From a virus (taxonomy: Duplodnaviria; Caudoviricetes), in IMG/VR virus record IMGVR_UViG_2767802041_000001, positions 21,082 to 85,081 of that record: DNA of 64,000 bases. One strand, given 5' to 3'. Under the pieces are notes generated by a model, which worked only from the letters and a program-made list of their open reading frames with translations, had not been told where the DNA came from and did not search any database. Of this stretch, positions 56,528-64,000 are shown in pieces (the first letter of the stretch is position 1; each line of letters opens with the position of its first letter). Both the position numbers and the translations under genes were made by a program.

Positions 56528-57322
56528 TCAGCCGCCGGGTGTGGTCGTGGTGACGTTCACCGCGGGGCTGGTGCCGCCGGTCAGGGAGGCGGAAGCAGTC
56601 ATCTGCGGGACGTCGTCTCCGGCGAACTGGCCGGCGAACGTGACCGTGACCGGAGTTCCCGGGTGCGGGCCGCCAGCGCACGTCACGTCACCGGACTCGA
56701 TGTTCGACAGCGCGACCAGGGCGGACTGAACGGCGGAGGCGGCGGCGTTGAACGCGATGCCGGAGGTGGTCTGCCCGGAGAACGTCAGCGTGTACGTGCC
56801 GCCGGTCGGCGTGCCCGTGATCGTGACGGTCTGGACCTCGTTCGTGCCAGCGGCCGGGACGGGGGCGCCCTGGAGAGGCCGGCTGGTGATCGAGCACGTT
56901 GCCATGAACTTTGCGGCCTCGTTGTCCGCGGTGTACTGCGGCGACAGGGTTGCTACACGGATCGGGAAAACGTCCATGCTGTTGTTGCCAGGCTTGTCGC
57001 CCTTGCGGAGGATGACGACGAAGCCGACGGTGCCCTTGGCGAAGGTCTGCTCGAGGTCGGCGTCCTCTTCGTCCTCGTAGAATGTGAAGCTCGACTGGTC
57101 CGCCTTGTCGGAGCCGGGGATCGTCGAGTCGTAGGTGTCCGCCATGTCCGGCGTTTCGATCTCGTTGTTCGTGACCGTCCAGCCGTCCATCGCTGCGATG
57201 AACTCGGAGAACTCCGTTCCGGCGTTGAGCTCGGTACGGGTCGGGATCATGTTCTCGGCGGCAATGGTCGGGACGAAGTAGAACTTCGACGTCCCGCGCC
57301 GCATGTACTTCTTGACCGGCAT
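56528..57322 (-). CDS. major tail protein with C-terminal accessory domain
   Basis: PTRTELNAGT...TPDMADTYDSTIPG...DVFP; EVQTVTITG domain. Confidence 0.9.
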   Translation of the reverse strand: MPVKKYMRRGTSKFYFVPTIAAENMIPTRTELNAGTEFSEFIAAMDGWTVTNNEIETPDMADTYDSTIPGSDKADQSSFTFYEDEEDADLEQTFAKGTVGFVVILRKGDKPGNNSMDVFPIRVATLSPQYTADNEAAKFMATCSITSRPLQGAPVPAAGTNEVQTVTITGTPTGGTYTLTFSGQTTSGIAFNAAASAVQSALVALSNIESGDVTCAGGPHPGTPVTVTFAGQFAGDDVPQMTASASLTGGTSPAVNVTTTTPGG

Positions 57323-57459
57323 TCGTGGGCCCCTTTGTCCCGGGGCCGCCCGCCTTTCGGGCTCGGGCCCCTTACACGTGGTGTGTGGGTGCGGCCACCT
57401 GCGTGGTGGCGTCCGCGTGGGGTCCCGCCGCGGTGCGGTGAAGCGTGCCTGACCAGAGG

Positions 57460-57909
57460 TCAGGTGGAGGTCAGGTCGAACCTGAACCGCTGTACGTAAC
57501 TCATGATGGCATCGGCGGGGTCGGATGATCCCCCCGGTTCGGTGTCAGGGCCGCGCCCCATCACGCTCGCGCCGGGGATCACAAGCTGGTGCAGCCACAA
57601 GCCGGTGGCGGGGTCGCGTCCGCAAGCGACTTCGCGGGCCTTGTCGGCCATCCACTCGGCCTGGTCGGCGACACCGTAGGAGTCGGGTCGGGTCGGGTCC
57701 GGGCCGGACACGGGAGTGATCTGGTAGACGAAGGAGGCGTCCTCGTTGAGGTCGCTGTAGGGCGCGCCACTGTAGAACGCGGGCAGGGAGTGGAGCAGGT
57801 AGTACCGGTGAGGGTTCCCGGAAGGCTTCCGGCCCCGGCCGACCGGAATGCCGGTGGCGGAAGCCAGCAGGGCGGAGAACGCCATCGTGACGGGCGCACG
57901 CGCAATCAT
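57460..57909 (-). CDS. tail terminator
   Basis: Synteny; YQIT.V...QAEWMADKAR. Confidence 0.7.
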   Translation of the reverse strand: MIARAPVTMAFSALLASATGIPVGRGRKPSGNPHRYYLLHSLPAFYSGAPYSDLNEDASFVYQITPVSGPDPTRPDSYGVADQAEWMADKAREVACGRDPATGLWLHQLVIPGASVMGRGPDTEPGGSSDPADAIMSYVQRFRFDLTST

Positions 57910-58085
57910 CCTGCCTCTCCTCCCGCTAGCTCGCGACCGTCCAAGGACGAGTGGGTCACGACCCAGCCGACGGACCCGTCTTCGCGCTTTACCGGGCGGC
58001 TGCGCGGTCCGCACACGCAGTCGGACTCTCCGCTGGTGTCGTGCTCGATGAGGTCTCCCACCGGAGCCACGTGGACGCTGTTCAC
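57906..58085 (-). CDS. 59-aa conserved Cys/His phage protein
   Basis: HVAPVGDLIEH...CVCGP...THSSLDGRE; overlaps both neighbours by 4 nt; absent from the ORF track. Confidence 0.6.
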   Translation of the reverse strand: MNSVHVAPVGDLIEHDTSGESDCVCGPRSRPVKREDGSVGWVVTHSSLDGRELAGGEAG

Positions 58086-58471
58086 CCCAGCACCTCCTCA
58101 ACGGCACCGAGCATCTGCTCACGCAGGACGGCCTCCATGCGGGGGACAGCGGGCCCGACGTGCGGGTACGGCGGCTGGTAGAAATGCCGGCCGATGCTGT
58201 CCGTCATGTCCCAGAACCCGTACTCCAGCCGCCTGCCCTGCGGCGCGTTGGTGCCGATGGTGCACTGCGCCCCGTGCGGGATGCCCCGGCCGACGACCTC
58301 CCAGGACGACCGGTACTTGCCGGTGATGACGTTGGGGCCGGGGCGGCCGGTGGCGTTGGCGCGGATCATGCCGCGCCCGAGTTCGGCGGTGTGGACGACG
58401 CGGCGGGCGATGGCGTCGCCGAGGTTGTCGGCGGACGCCTCTAGCCGGTCGGCGAGCTCGTCGGGAGTCAC
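58082..58471 (-). CDS. HK97 gp10-like tail completion/neck protein
   Basis: PNVITGKYRSSW...GTNAPQGRRLEYG...PYPH.GPA. Confidence 0.85.
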   Translation of the reverse strand: MTPDELADRLEASADNLGDAIARRVVHTAELGRGMIRANATGRPGPNVITGKYRSSWEVVGRGIPHGAQCTIGTNAPQGRRLEYGFWDMTDSIGRHFYQPPYPHVGPAVPRMEAVLREQMLGAVEEVLG

Positions 58472-58929
58472 GGGCCACCGCCGTCCACGCCGGGCGGAAT
58501 CGCGTTCTGGTCCAGAGGCGTCTTGCGGACGACCTCCACTGTGCTGGCCATGCCGGGCCCTGCGCACATCCAGGTGCGGCCGAGGAGCGCTGTCCGGGTC
58601 GGGTCGTGGACGGCGACGACGGACGCGATGGCCTGCTCGGGCGGGATGGGGGCGGTCAGCGGGGTGAGGAGGAAGTAGGCGAGTTTCTGCTGCTGGGTCC
58701 ACGGCTGGGTGGCGTCGGGGACTGCGGACCGTTCGGTGGTGCCGCTGGACGGGACGACCGCACCGGGGCCTTCGTACAGGACGTCGCCTTCGGGGTACTC
58801 CAGTTGGCCTGTGGTGGTGTTGAGGACGGGTTCGCCACCGCCGGGTCGGGTGACGCGGACGGTGTCGATGAGCAGGTTCTTTGCGATGAAGGCGACAACT
58901 CCATCAAGCGCTCGATCCAGCCCGGCCAT
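58468..58929 (-). CDS. head-to-tail stopper (DUF6093-like)
   Basis: DTVRVTRP..TG...LYEGPG. Confidence 0.75.
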   Translation of the reverse strand: MAGLDRALDGVVAFIAKNLLIDTVRVTRPGGGEPVLNTTTGQLEYPEGDVLYEGPGAVVPSSGTTERSAVPDATQPWTQQQKLAYFLLTPLTAPIPPEQAIASVVAVHDPTRTALLGRTWMCAGPGMASTVEVVRKTPLDQNAIPPGVDGGGP

Positions 58930-59312
58930 CAGGTGCCTGCCTTGCCGAGGGCCATGTCGGCGAGGGTCTGGAGCATGGCGCGGGTGAGTTCGTGGGGGGT
59001 GCCGTCGAGGTCGTCGCGGTTGAGGGCGGCGCGGCTGAGGGCGGCGGGGTCGATGTTGGCGAGGAACGCGGCGACGGTGTCGCCGGGGTCCTGCTGGTCA
59101 CCGACCGCGACGTGCGCGAGGCCGTCGAACTGGACGCCGGTCTGGGGTGCGGCGTAGAGGACGAGGAGCGGTGTGGAGCCGAGGCGGGCTTCCAGGTTGA
59201 AGCCCTGGACGCTGCTGCTGACATCGGTTCCGTCGATCTCGACGCTGCCGGTGAGGCCGTTGGAGGTGAGGCGGACCTGGTGCGGCCGGTCGGCCATGCT
59301 CGGGGCGATCAT
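58929..59312 (-). CDS. hypothetical protein
   Basis: GSVEIDGTDVSSSV; coupled overlaps. Confidence 0.65.
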   Translation of the reverse strand: MIAPSMADRPHQVRLTSNGLTGSVEIDGTDVSSSVQGFNLEARLGSTPLLVLYAAPQTGVQFDGLAHVAVGDQQDPGDTVAAFLANIDPAALSRAALNRDDLDGTPHELTRAMLQTLADMALGKAGT

Positions 59313-59554
59313 TCGTCGTCACCCTTCCGGTCGACGTGCCGCTGGCTGACGACCTGCTGAGCAGACGCGAGGAGGCCGTTCTGCTCGATCCACGACAGCC
59401 CGTCGCTCGTCATCATGGCCAGATGTGCGTCGCCATCTGCGTCGATCACCTTGGCGATGACGAGCGCGGAGGCGATGAGGTCTCCGTCGTCCATGTCCAG
59501 AGCGACGCCGAGCCCGTCGAGGATGTCCCCGATCTTCTGCTCTCGTTCGGTCAT
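59309..59554 (-). CDS. small hypothetical protein
   Basis: MTEREQKIG...SDGLSWIEQNGLL. Confidence 0.65.
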   Translation of the reverse strand: MTEREQKIGDILDGLGVALDMDDGDLIASALVIAKVIDADGDAHLAMMTSDGLSWIEQNGLLASAQQVVSQRHVDRKGDDE

Positions 59555-60384
59555 GCGAAGGCTCCGAGGGGGTTGGGGCGGTCGAAGTGTGGGAGGAACT
59601 GTCGCTGGCAGTTCGGGTGCGCGCTGGGGTGGGCGAGGGCGTCGTCGATGCTGCGATACGTGCCGTCGGCCAAGTCCGAGTCCTGGTGTGATGTCCAGCC
59701 GCATTCCGCGCCGTCGCGGACCTGGACGCGGGTGCAGCCGAGCTGCTCGTACGCCGTGGTGACGGCCCCGAGGTTGGAGGCGGTGACGGCCTGCCACGAC
59801 AGCGCGGCCCCGGCCCACGTCTCGACGGGGTGCCGGGCGTCGTTGACGTAGATGACGGTGCCGAGCGGGTGCTGCTGGCGCAGGGCGTCGGGGTCGAAGC
59901 TCCCGGCGTTGAACTGGGTGACCCGGGCGCGGGCGGCGTCTTGGGCGGCCCGGAGGAACGCCTGGGCGCGGCGGATGGCTTCCTGGAGGCGGCTCATAAG
60001 GTCGGCGTAGTACTGGGCGGTCAGGGTGGTGACGGTGCTCTGGTGCCGTGGGGTCCAGGACCACAGGCTGTGAGGCCGGTTGCCCCGGTCGAGCATGGCG
60101 AGGGAGCCGTCCCGGTAGGCGGTGGGCAGGTCGGTGGTGGCCCAGCGTTCGATGAACGCCCCGGTGTCGCGGCTGAACGCGGCGAGGGCCTGTTGGAAGG
60201 TGAGGACGGCGGCGCGGATGCGGGTGATGGCGGCTCGCCCGGGCCGGATCGCTGCGAGGGCGGTGAGGAGCCGGTCCTGGGCGTCGGTGAGGATCCGCCA
60301 CGCGCCCGTAAGGCGACTTACCCCGCCGCGGATGAAGTCGAGGAGGCGGGCCCGGAGGGTGCGGCGTCGGGTGGGAGTGCTCAT
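59551..60384 (-). CDS. MuF-like minor capsid protein
   Basis: DGAECG...HPNCQRQF. Confidence 0.7.
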   Translation of the reverse strand: MSTPTRRRTLRARLLDFIRGGVSRLTGAWRILTDAQDRLLTALAAIRPGRAAITRIRAAVLTFQQALAAFSRDTGAFIERWATTDLPTAYRDGSLAMLDRGNRPHSLWSWTPRHQSTVTTLTAQYYADLMSRLQEAIRRAQAFLRAAQDAARARVTQFNAGSFDPDALRQQHPLGTVIYVNDARHPVETWAGAALSWQAVTASNLGAVTTAYEQLGCTRVQVRDGAECGWTSHQDSDLADGTYRSIDDALAHPSAHPNCQRQFLPHFDRPNPLGAFA

Positions 60385-60716
60385 CGGCGGGGCCGCTCGA
60401 CGAGCTGGATCAGACCGAAGCCGCCGGTGTCCTCGTCGTTCGGGGCCGGCGGGTCGTCGGGTGCCGGGGGCTGCCCGGACTCCAGGGCGGCCAGTTGCCG
60501 TTCGTAGGCGGCGATGTTCGCGGACGTGTTGATGGACACGACGCCGGACACGGACACGGACCCCGGTGAGGCGAGGAGGTCGGCGAGGCGTTCGCGGACG
60601 ACCTCGATGGCGACCGCGCGCCCGGTGTGGAGCCGGGTGTAGCGGGCGGTGAGGTCTGTGACGTTCGTGCTGCGGCCCAGTTGGGAGAGCAGCCACTCTC
60701 GTACGGCTGTGTCCAC
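60381..60716 (-). CDS. head-to-tail adaptor
   Basis: Synteny; VAIEVVRERLADLL..P..VSV.G. Confidence 0.65.
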   Translation of the reverse strand: MDTAVREWLLSQLGRSTNVTDLTARYTRLHTGRAVAIEVVRERLADLLASPGSVSVSGVVSINTSANIAAYERQLAALESGQPPAPDDPPAPNDEDTGGFGLIQLVERPRR

Positions 60717-60805
60717 CGGGTCCTCCAGGTTGGGGGTGGGCTGGGAAGGGGGTGCAGGTGCGGGCCCGGCCTGGCGCCCCACCAGGGGGCGGGCCCGCAC
60801 ACCGC

Positions 60806-61186
60806 TTACTGGCCGCCGGTGCCCTCAGCGGCGGCCGTCCGGCCCCGGGCCGGCTTACGGGCCGCGCGGGTGGCGGCCGGCTTGGTGTCGTCGGAGGCGT
60901 CCCCGTGGGCGGGGGTGGTTTCGTCGGACTGGGTGTCAGCGCTGCCGGTGTCCGCCGGACCCTCGCCAGAGGCGGCGTCCGGGTCGTCCCCGGAAGGGCC
61001 GCTGTCGCCCTCCGTCTTGGCCGCCAGGTGCTTCTTGACGGCCGCAGGCAGCTTTCCGCCCTCCCAGCACGCCGGGTTCGTCACCAGGACCGCGTACTTC
61101 GGGTCCGGTGTCTCTCCGGCGCGCAGGAGGATGTCGCGGTGCTTCTCTGGGTCCCTGACGAACACTGTTCGCGCGAGTGTGGCCAT
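60806..61186 (-). CDS. capsid-associated hypothetical protein
   Basis: VFV.DP...L.AG.TP...VTNP..W plus a low-complexity tail; follows the capsid gene. Confidence 0.7.
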   Translation of the reverse strand: MATLARTVFVRDPEKHRDILLRAGETPDPKYAVLVTNPACWEGGKLPAAVKKHLAAKTEGDSGPSGDDPDAASGEGPADTGSADTQSDETTPAHGDASDDTKPAATRAARKPARGRTAAAEGTGGQ

Positions 61187-61189
61187 GGG

Positions 61190-62257
61190 TCAGTCCTCCG
61201 ACAGCACCGTGGCGCTGATGTGGAAGTTGTTGACGTAGAGGACCGGCATCGCGATGGCGTTGGCCGTGGTGGAGAAGTGGACCGGGTTCTCCTTCTTCTC
61301 GTAGGAGACGTAGATGCCCGGCTCCCTGGCCGCCTCGAGTCCCGGGTTTTCGCCGGGGTCGAGGTTGTCCTGCTCGGCGGTGACGCCGTACTGGGTCTGC
61401 GCCCACTGCTCCGGGTTCGGGGGGACCATGGCCCACAGGGACTCGGGGGTGACGCGGACGTACTCGTCGTCGGACCAGACCTGCTCGTCGTAGATCTCGA
61501 TCGGGGGCAGGCTCCAGCGGGCGCGGACGGCGTTGACGTCCGGCGGCGACAGGGTCGTGGACGGGGTGGTGCCGGGGCTGGAGGAGTTCCAGAACGCGGT
61601 GCGGTACTCCAGGTTGGAGGCCAGCACAGCGGCGGCACGCTCAGAGGTGATGACCTTGGCGGGGCGGGGTGCGCCGACGCTCTTGAGGTAGCGGATCCAC
61701 GCCTGCTCGTCGGTGAGCGGGGTGGCGCCGTCCTGGTCCCAGGGGATGGCGGCGACGGGCTTGTTCTCGGTGGGTACGTTCCAGTCGACGTCGAGCCACT
61801 CGCCGCCGTTGTCCGGGCCGGGGAGCTTGACGACGCCGGTGGACAGGAGCTGGCCGGCCGCGATCTCCATGGCGATCTTGATGGAGGTGAAGTGGCGCTC
61901 GAGGTCGTCGTAGAGCTGGTCGATGAACTCCTGGTCGTCCGCGCCGCGGCGGGCGTTGAACAGGATGAGGGAGAGTTCGCCCATTTCCAGGGTCTGGCCG
62001 ACCGGGGGCAGCATGCCCTCGTTGACGACTCGCTCGGCCTGCCGCTTCGCGAGTGCGTGCGGGGTGTCGAAGGCCCGGAACTTCGCGGCGTTGATGCGCC
62101 GCTTGTTCGACTCGATGCGGAACTTCGGCCCGTAGATCTTCCGCTCGGGGATGACGCTCTGGGTGAGCGCGTACTGGTTGGGCGTGGGGAGCCCGTTGAT
62201 GTAGGCGTTGATGTCTTCCGGCGTGACGTTCCGCAGGAGACGGTCGAGGGTGCTCAT
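61190..62257 (-). CDS. major capsid protein (lambda gpE-like)
   Basis: AKFRAFDT, LPPVG, L.TG, P...W, 355 aa; follows the decoration gene. Confidence 0.9.
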   Translation of the reverse strand: MSTLDRLLRNVTPEDINAYINGLPTPNQYALTQSVIPERKIYGPKFRIESNKRRINAAKFRAFDTPHALAKRQAERVVNEGMLPPVGQTLEMGELSLILFNARRGADDQEFIDQLYDDLERHFTSIKIAMEIAAGQLLSTGVVKLPGPDNGGEWLDVDWNVPTENKPVAAIPWDQDGATPLTDEQAWIRYLKSVGAPRPAKVITSERAAAVLASNLEYRTAFWNSSSPGTTPSTTLSPPDVNAVRARWSLPPIEIYDEQVWSDDEYVRVTPESLWAMVPPNPEQWAQTQYGVTAEQDNLDPGENPGLEAAREPGIYVSYEKKENPVHFSTTANAIAMPVLYVNNFHISATVLSED

Positions 62258-62272
62258 GTTCGGTCTCCTTGC

Positions 62273-63019
62273 TTACCGGTAGTGGATGCTGACGCCGGGG
62301 GCGACGCTGGCGACGTCGGTCGGGTCGAAGGGGATGGGCAGCTTGTTGGCGTAGACCTCGCCGTGCCACAGGAGCGCGCCGCTGGTCTTGGTGGACCCGG
62401 GGGCGAAGGTGGACTCGGTGGCGAGGAAGCCGGCGAAGACTTCGGTGCCGTCCGTTGCGGTGCCTGCGCCGCCGCCGGTGGTGGTGCCGATGGTGACGCT
62501 GGGGGTGGATCCGCCGGTGAGGCCGGAGCCGGAGGCGGTCATGGCGGCGACGTCGTCGCCCATGAACTGGCCGCCGAACGTCACGGTGATGACGGAACCG
62601 GGGTGGGGGCCGCCGGTGACGGTGAGGTCGCCTGCCTCGATGTTGGAGAGGTTCTCCAGGGCGGTCTTCACCTGTGCGGCGGTCGCGTTGTACGGGATTG
62701 CCGCGGTGGTCTGCCCGGACCAGGTGAGGGTGTAGGTGCCGCCGGTGGGGGTGCCGGTGACGGTGACGGTCTGGACCTCGGATGTCGGGCCGGAGTACGG
62801 GGCGTAGAGCCCGGTGGCCTTGATCTTCCCGAGGGGGATGCCGTCCTTGATGATGTTGCGGGGCTGGAGCGGGTGCCCGGCGGTGTAGTGGACCCCGTTG
62901 ACGAACTTCGTCGTGTCCAGGGCGATGGTGTTCGCGTCGTGGGTGCCGACGAGGGAGGCGAGCCACGGCCGGTCGGCGGTGGCTTCCTCGCTCGTGCGCA
63001 TGGGCTGGAAGTCGTTCAC
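62273..63019 (-). CDS. head decoration protein with inserted accessory domain
   Basis: GIPLGKI.ATGLY.PY...[EVQTVTV insert]...GFL...ALLWHG.V...LP. Confidence 0.8.
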   Translation of the reverse strand: MNDFQPMRTSEEATADRPWLASLVGTHDANTIALDTTKFVNGVHYTAGHPLQPRNIIKDGIPLGKIKATGLYAPYSGPTSEVQTVTVTGTPTGGTYTLTWSGQTTAAIPYNATAAQVKTALENLSNIEAGDLTVTGGPHPGSVITVTFGGQFMGDDVAAMTASGSGLTGGSTPSVTIGTTTGGGAGTATDGTEVFAGFLATESTFAPGSTKTSGALLWHGEVYANKLPIPFDPTDVASVAPGVSIHYR

Positions 63020-63120
63020 TGCCCTCTCCTCAGGGTGGTGTGCGTGTTTCAGGCGGCGCCGGGTGGTGGCGCGTCCACGAGGAGAGGGGCGTGGTCCCTG
63101 GGTTGTACGGGTGGTGCGGT

Positions 63121-63855
63121 CTAGGCGGCGTCGGGGATCTTCCCTCGGCGCTTGAGCATGGCGAGGCCGCGCTCTCCGGGCTTGGGCTGGTTGGCGCCGG
63201 GGCGCGGCACGCCGGCGGCAGGCAGCCCGGTGGGGGCCGGGGGTACGACTGTCGGGTCGGGCTGCCGGGTCGCTCCGAAGAGCTCGGGGCGGCGCTGCTT
63301 GAGCGCGTCGGCGGCGGCCTGGACGTCTTCGTCGTCGGCATCGTCCGGTACTCGGAGGAGCGCGGCGGCGTCGTCGAGGTCGTCTCCAGTGGCTCCGAGA
63401 CCGACGAGGAGGGCACGCCGGTTCGCGGTGCGCTCGCGGGCTTCGGCGGCCTTCTCGCGGGCGTCGGCCCGGGCTTCGCGTTCGGCGAGCTCGCGCTCCT
63501 TCTTCTGCTGCTCGCTCAGCTGGGCTTCCTTGGCCTTGCGGCCTTCCTCGATGAACGTCTTTGCGTCGTCGAGGTTGGAGAAGCCGAGGTCGGCGGCGAC
63601 CTTCTCGAGAGCGGCCCTTGCTCCGGCCCGTTCGCCCTGCGCCTTCTCCTTCGCGGCCAGAGAGGCGACTTCGTCCTGGGTGAAGGTGCGCGTGGCGGGA
63701 GGGCTCGGCTTCGGCGGGTCCTGGGGGTTGGGGGTGCCACCAGCTGGCGGGTCGCCGCCGTCGTTGTAGAAGACGGCCATGGCGAGTGCGCCGGTGTAGG
63801 GGTGCGCCCAAGTGGTGCGGTTCGGGGCGGGTCGGTGGAGCTGGGGGCGGCGCAT
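63121..63855 (-). CDS. scaffolding protein
   Basis: TFTQDEV, charged coiled coil, RRPELF. Confidence 0.85.
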   Translation of the reverse strand: MRRPQLHRPAPNRTTWAHPYTGALAMAVFYNDGGDPPAGGTPNPQDPPKPSPPATRTFTQDEVASLAAKEKAQGERAGARAALEKVAADLGFSNLDDAKTFIEEGRKAKEAQLSEQQKKERELAEREARADAREKAAEARERTANRRALLVGLGATGDDLDDAAALLRVPDDADDEDVQAAADALKQRRPELFGATRQPDPTVVPPAPTGLPAAGVPRPGANQPKPGERGLAMLKRRGKIPDAA

Positions 63856-63923
63856 GAGGGTACGTCCTCCCAAGGAGTCGTTGTCAGGCCCCGCGCCTGA
63901 GATCAAGGAAAGCACGACTCCAG

Positions 63924-64000
63924 TCATTCGTTCCCCCTGCTCTCCTCTGGGTCAGGTTCTTCCTGGTCGGAGGCGGGTGCGACCGGGGGGAAGGTGGGGG
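63924..64000 (-). CDS. 3' end of upstream gene (probably portal), truncated by window
   Basis: ...PVAPASDQEEPDPEESRGNE*; position upstream of the scaffold. Confidence 0.4.
   Translation of the reverse strand, partial: PTFPPVAPASDQEEPDPEESRGNE

Noticed and set aside
56528-62790. Diversity-generating retroelement TR/VR pair
   Set aside because: Both copies are coding, the differences are not adenine-specific, and no reverse transcriptase is visible.
10127-63910. Shared GATCAAGGAA 10-mer upstream of two genes (10127 and 63901) as a late promoter
   Set aside because: Only two short copies, which could occur by chance in 64 kb.

Overview
High-GC, actinobacterial (Streptomyces-like) temperate siphophage; the window is entirely phage DNA and starts and ends inside genes. 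40.9-64 kb (minus strand) is a virion and lysis module: scaffold, decoration, major capsid, connectors, major tail, frameshifted tail chaperone, tape measure, tail tip, cysteine protease, endolysin, holin and collagen-like fibre. 6.6-33.5 kb (minus strand) holds early, replication and recombination genes: ThyX, SSB, WhiB-like, RuvC-like, DUF5131, ParA/ParB with two 16-bp parS-like palindromes, DciA-like, HTH Rep, C5 DNA methyltransferase and Rad52/Sak-like SSAP. ParABS, Rep and a Cre-like recombinase beside a lox-like site suggest a P1-style phage-plasmid. Most unusual: (1) an array of five mini-genes at 39.6-40.65 kb, separated by a conserved 29-bp stop/RBS/start repeat that gives each protein a TTEQ-like C-terminus; (2) a phage-borne MmyB-type regulator paired with a type III polyketide synthase, a candidate small-molecule signalling circuit; (3) four UUGGCG-loop hairpins and an attenuator in the rep leader; (4) a 19-bp operator overlapping four promoters; (5) a perfect 46-bp inverted repeat pair about 13 kb apart. 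All calls come from reading motifs by eye; no database searches were run, and start codons were chosen from RBS and overlap patterns.
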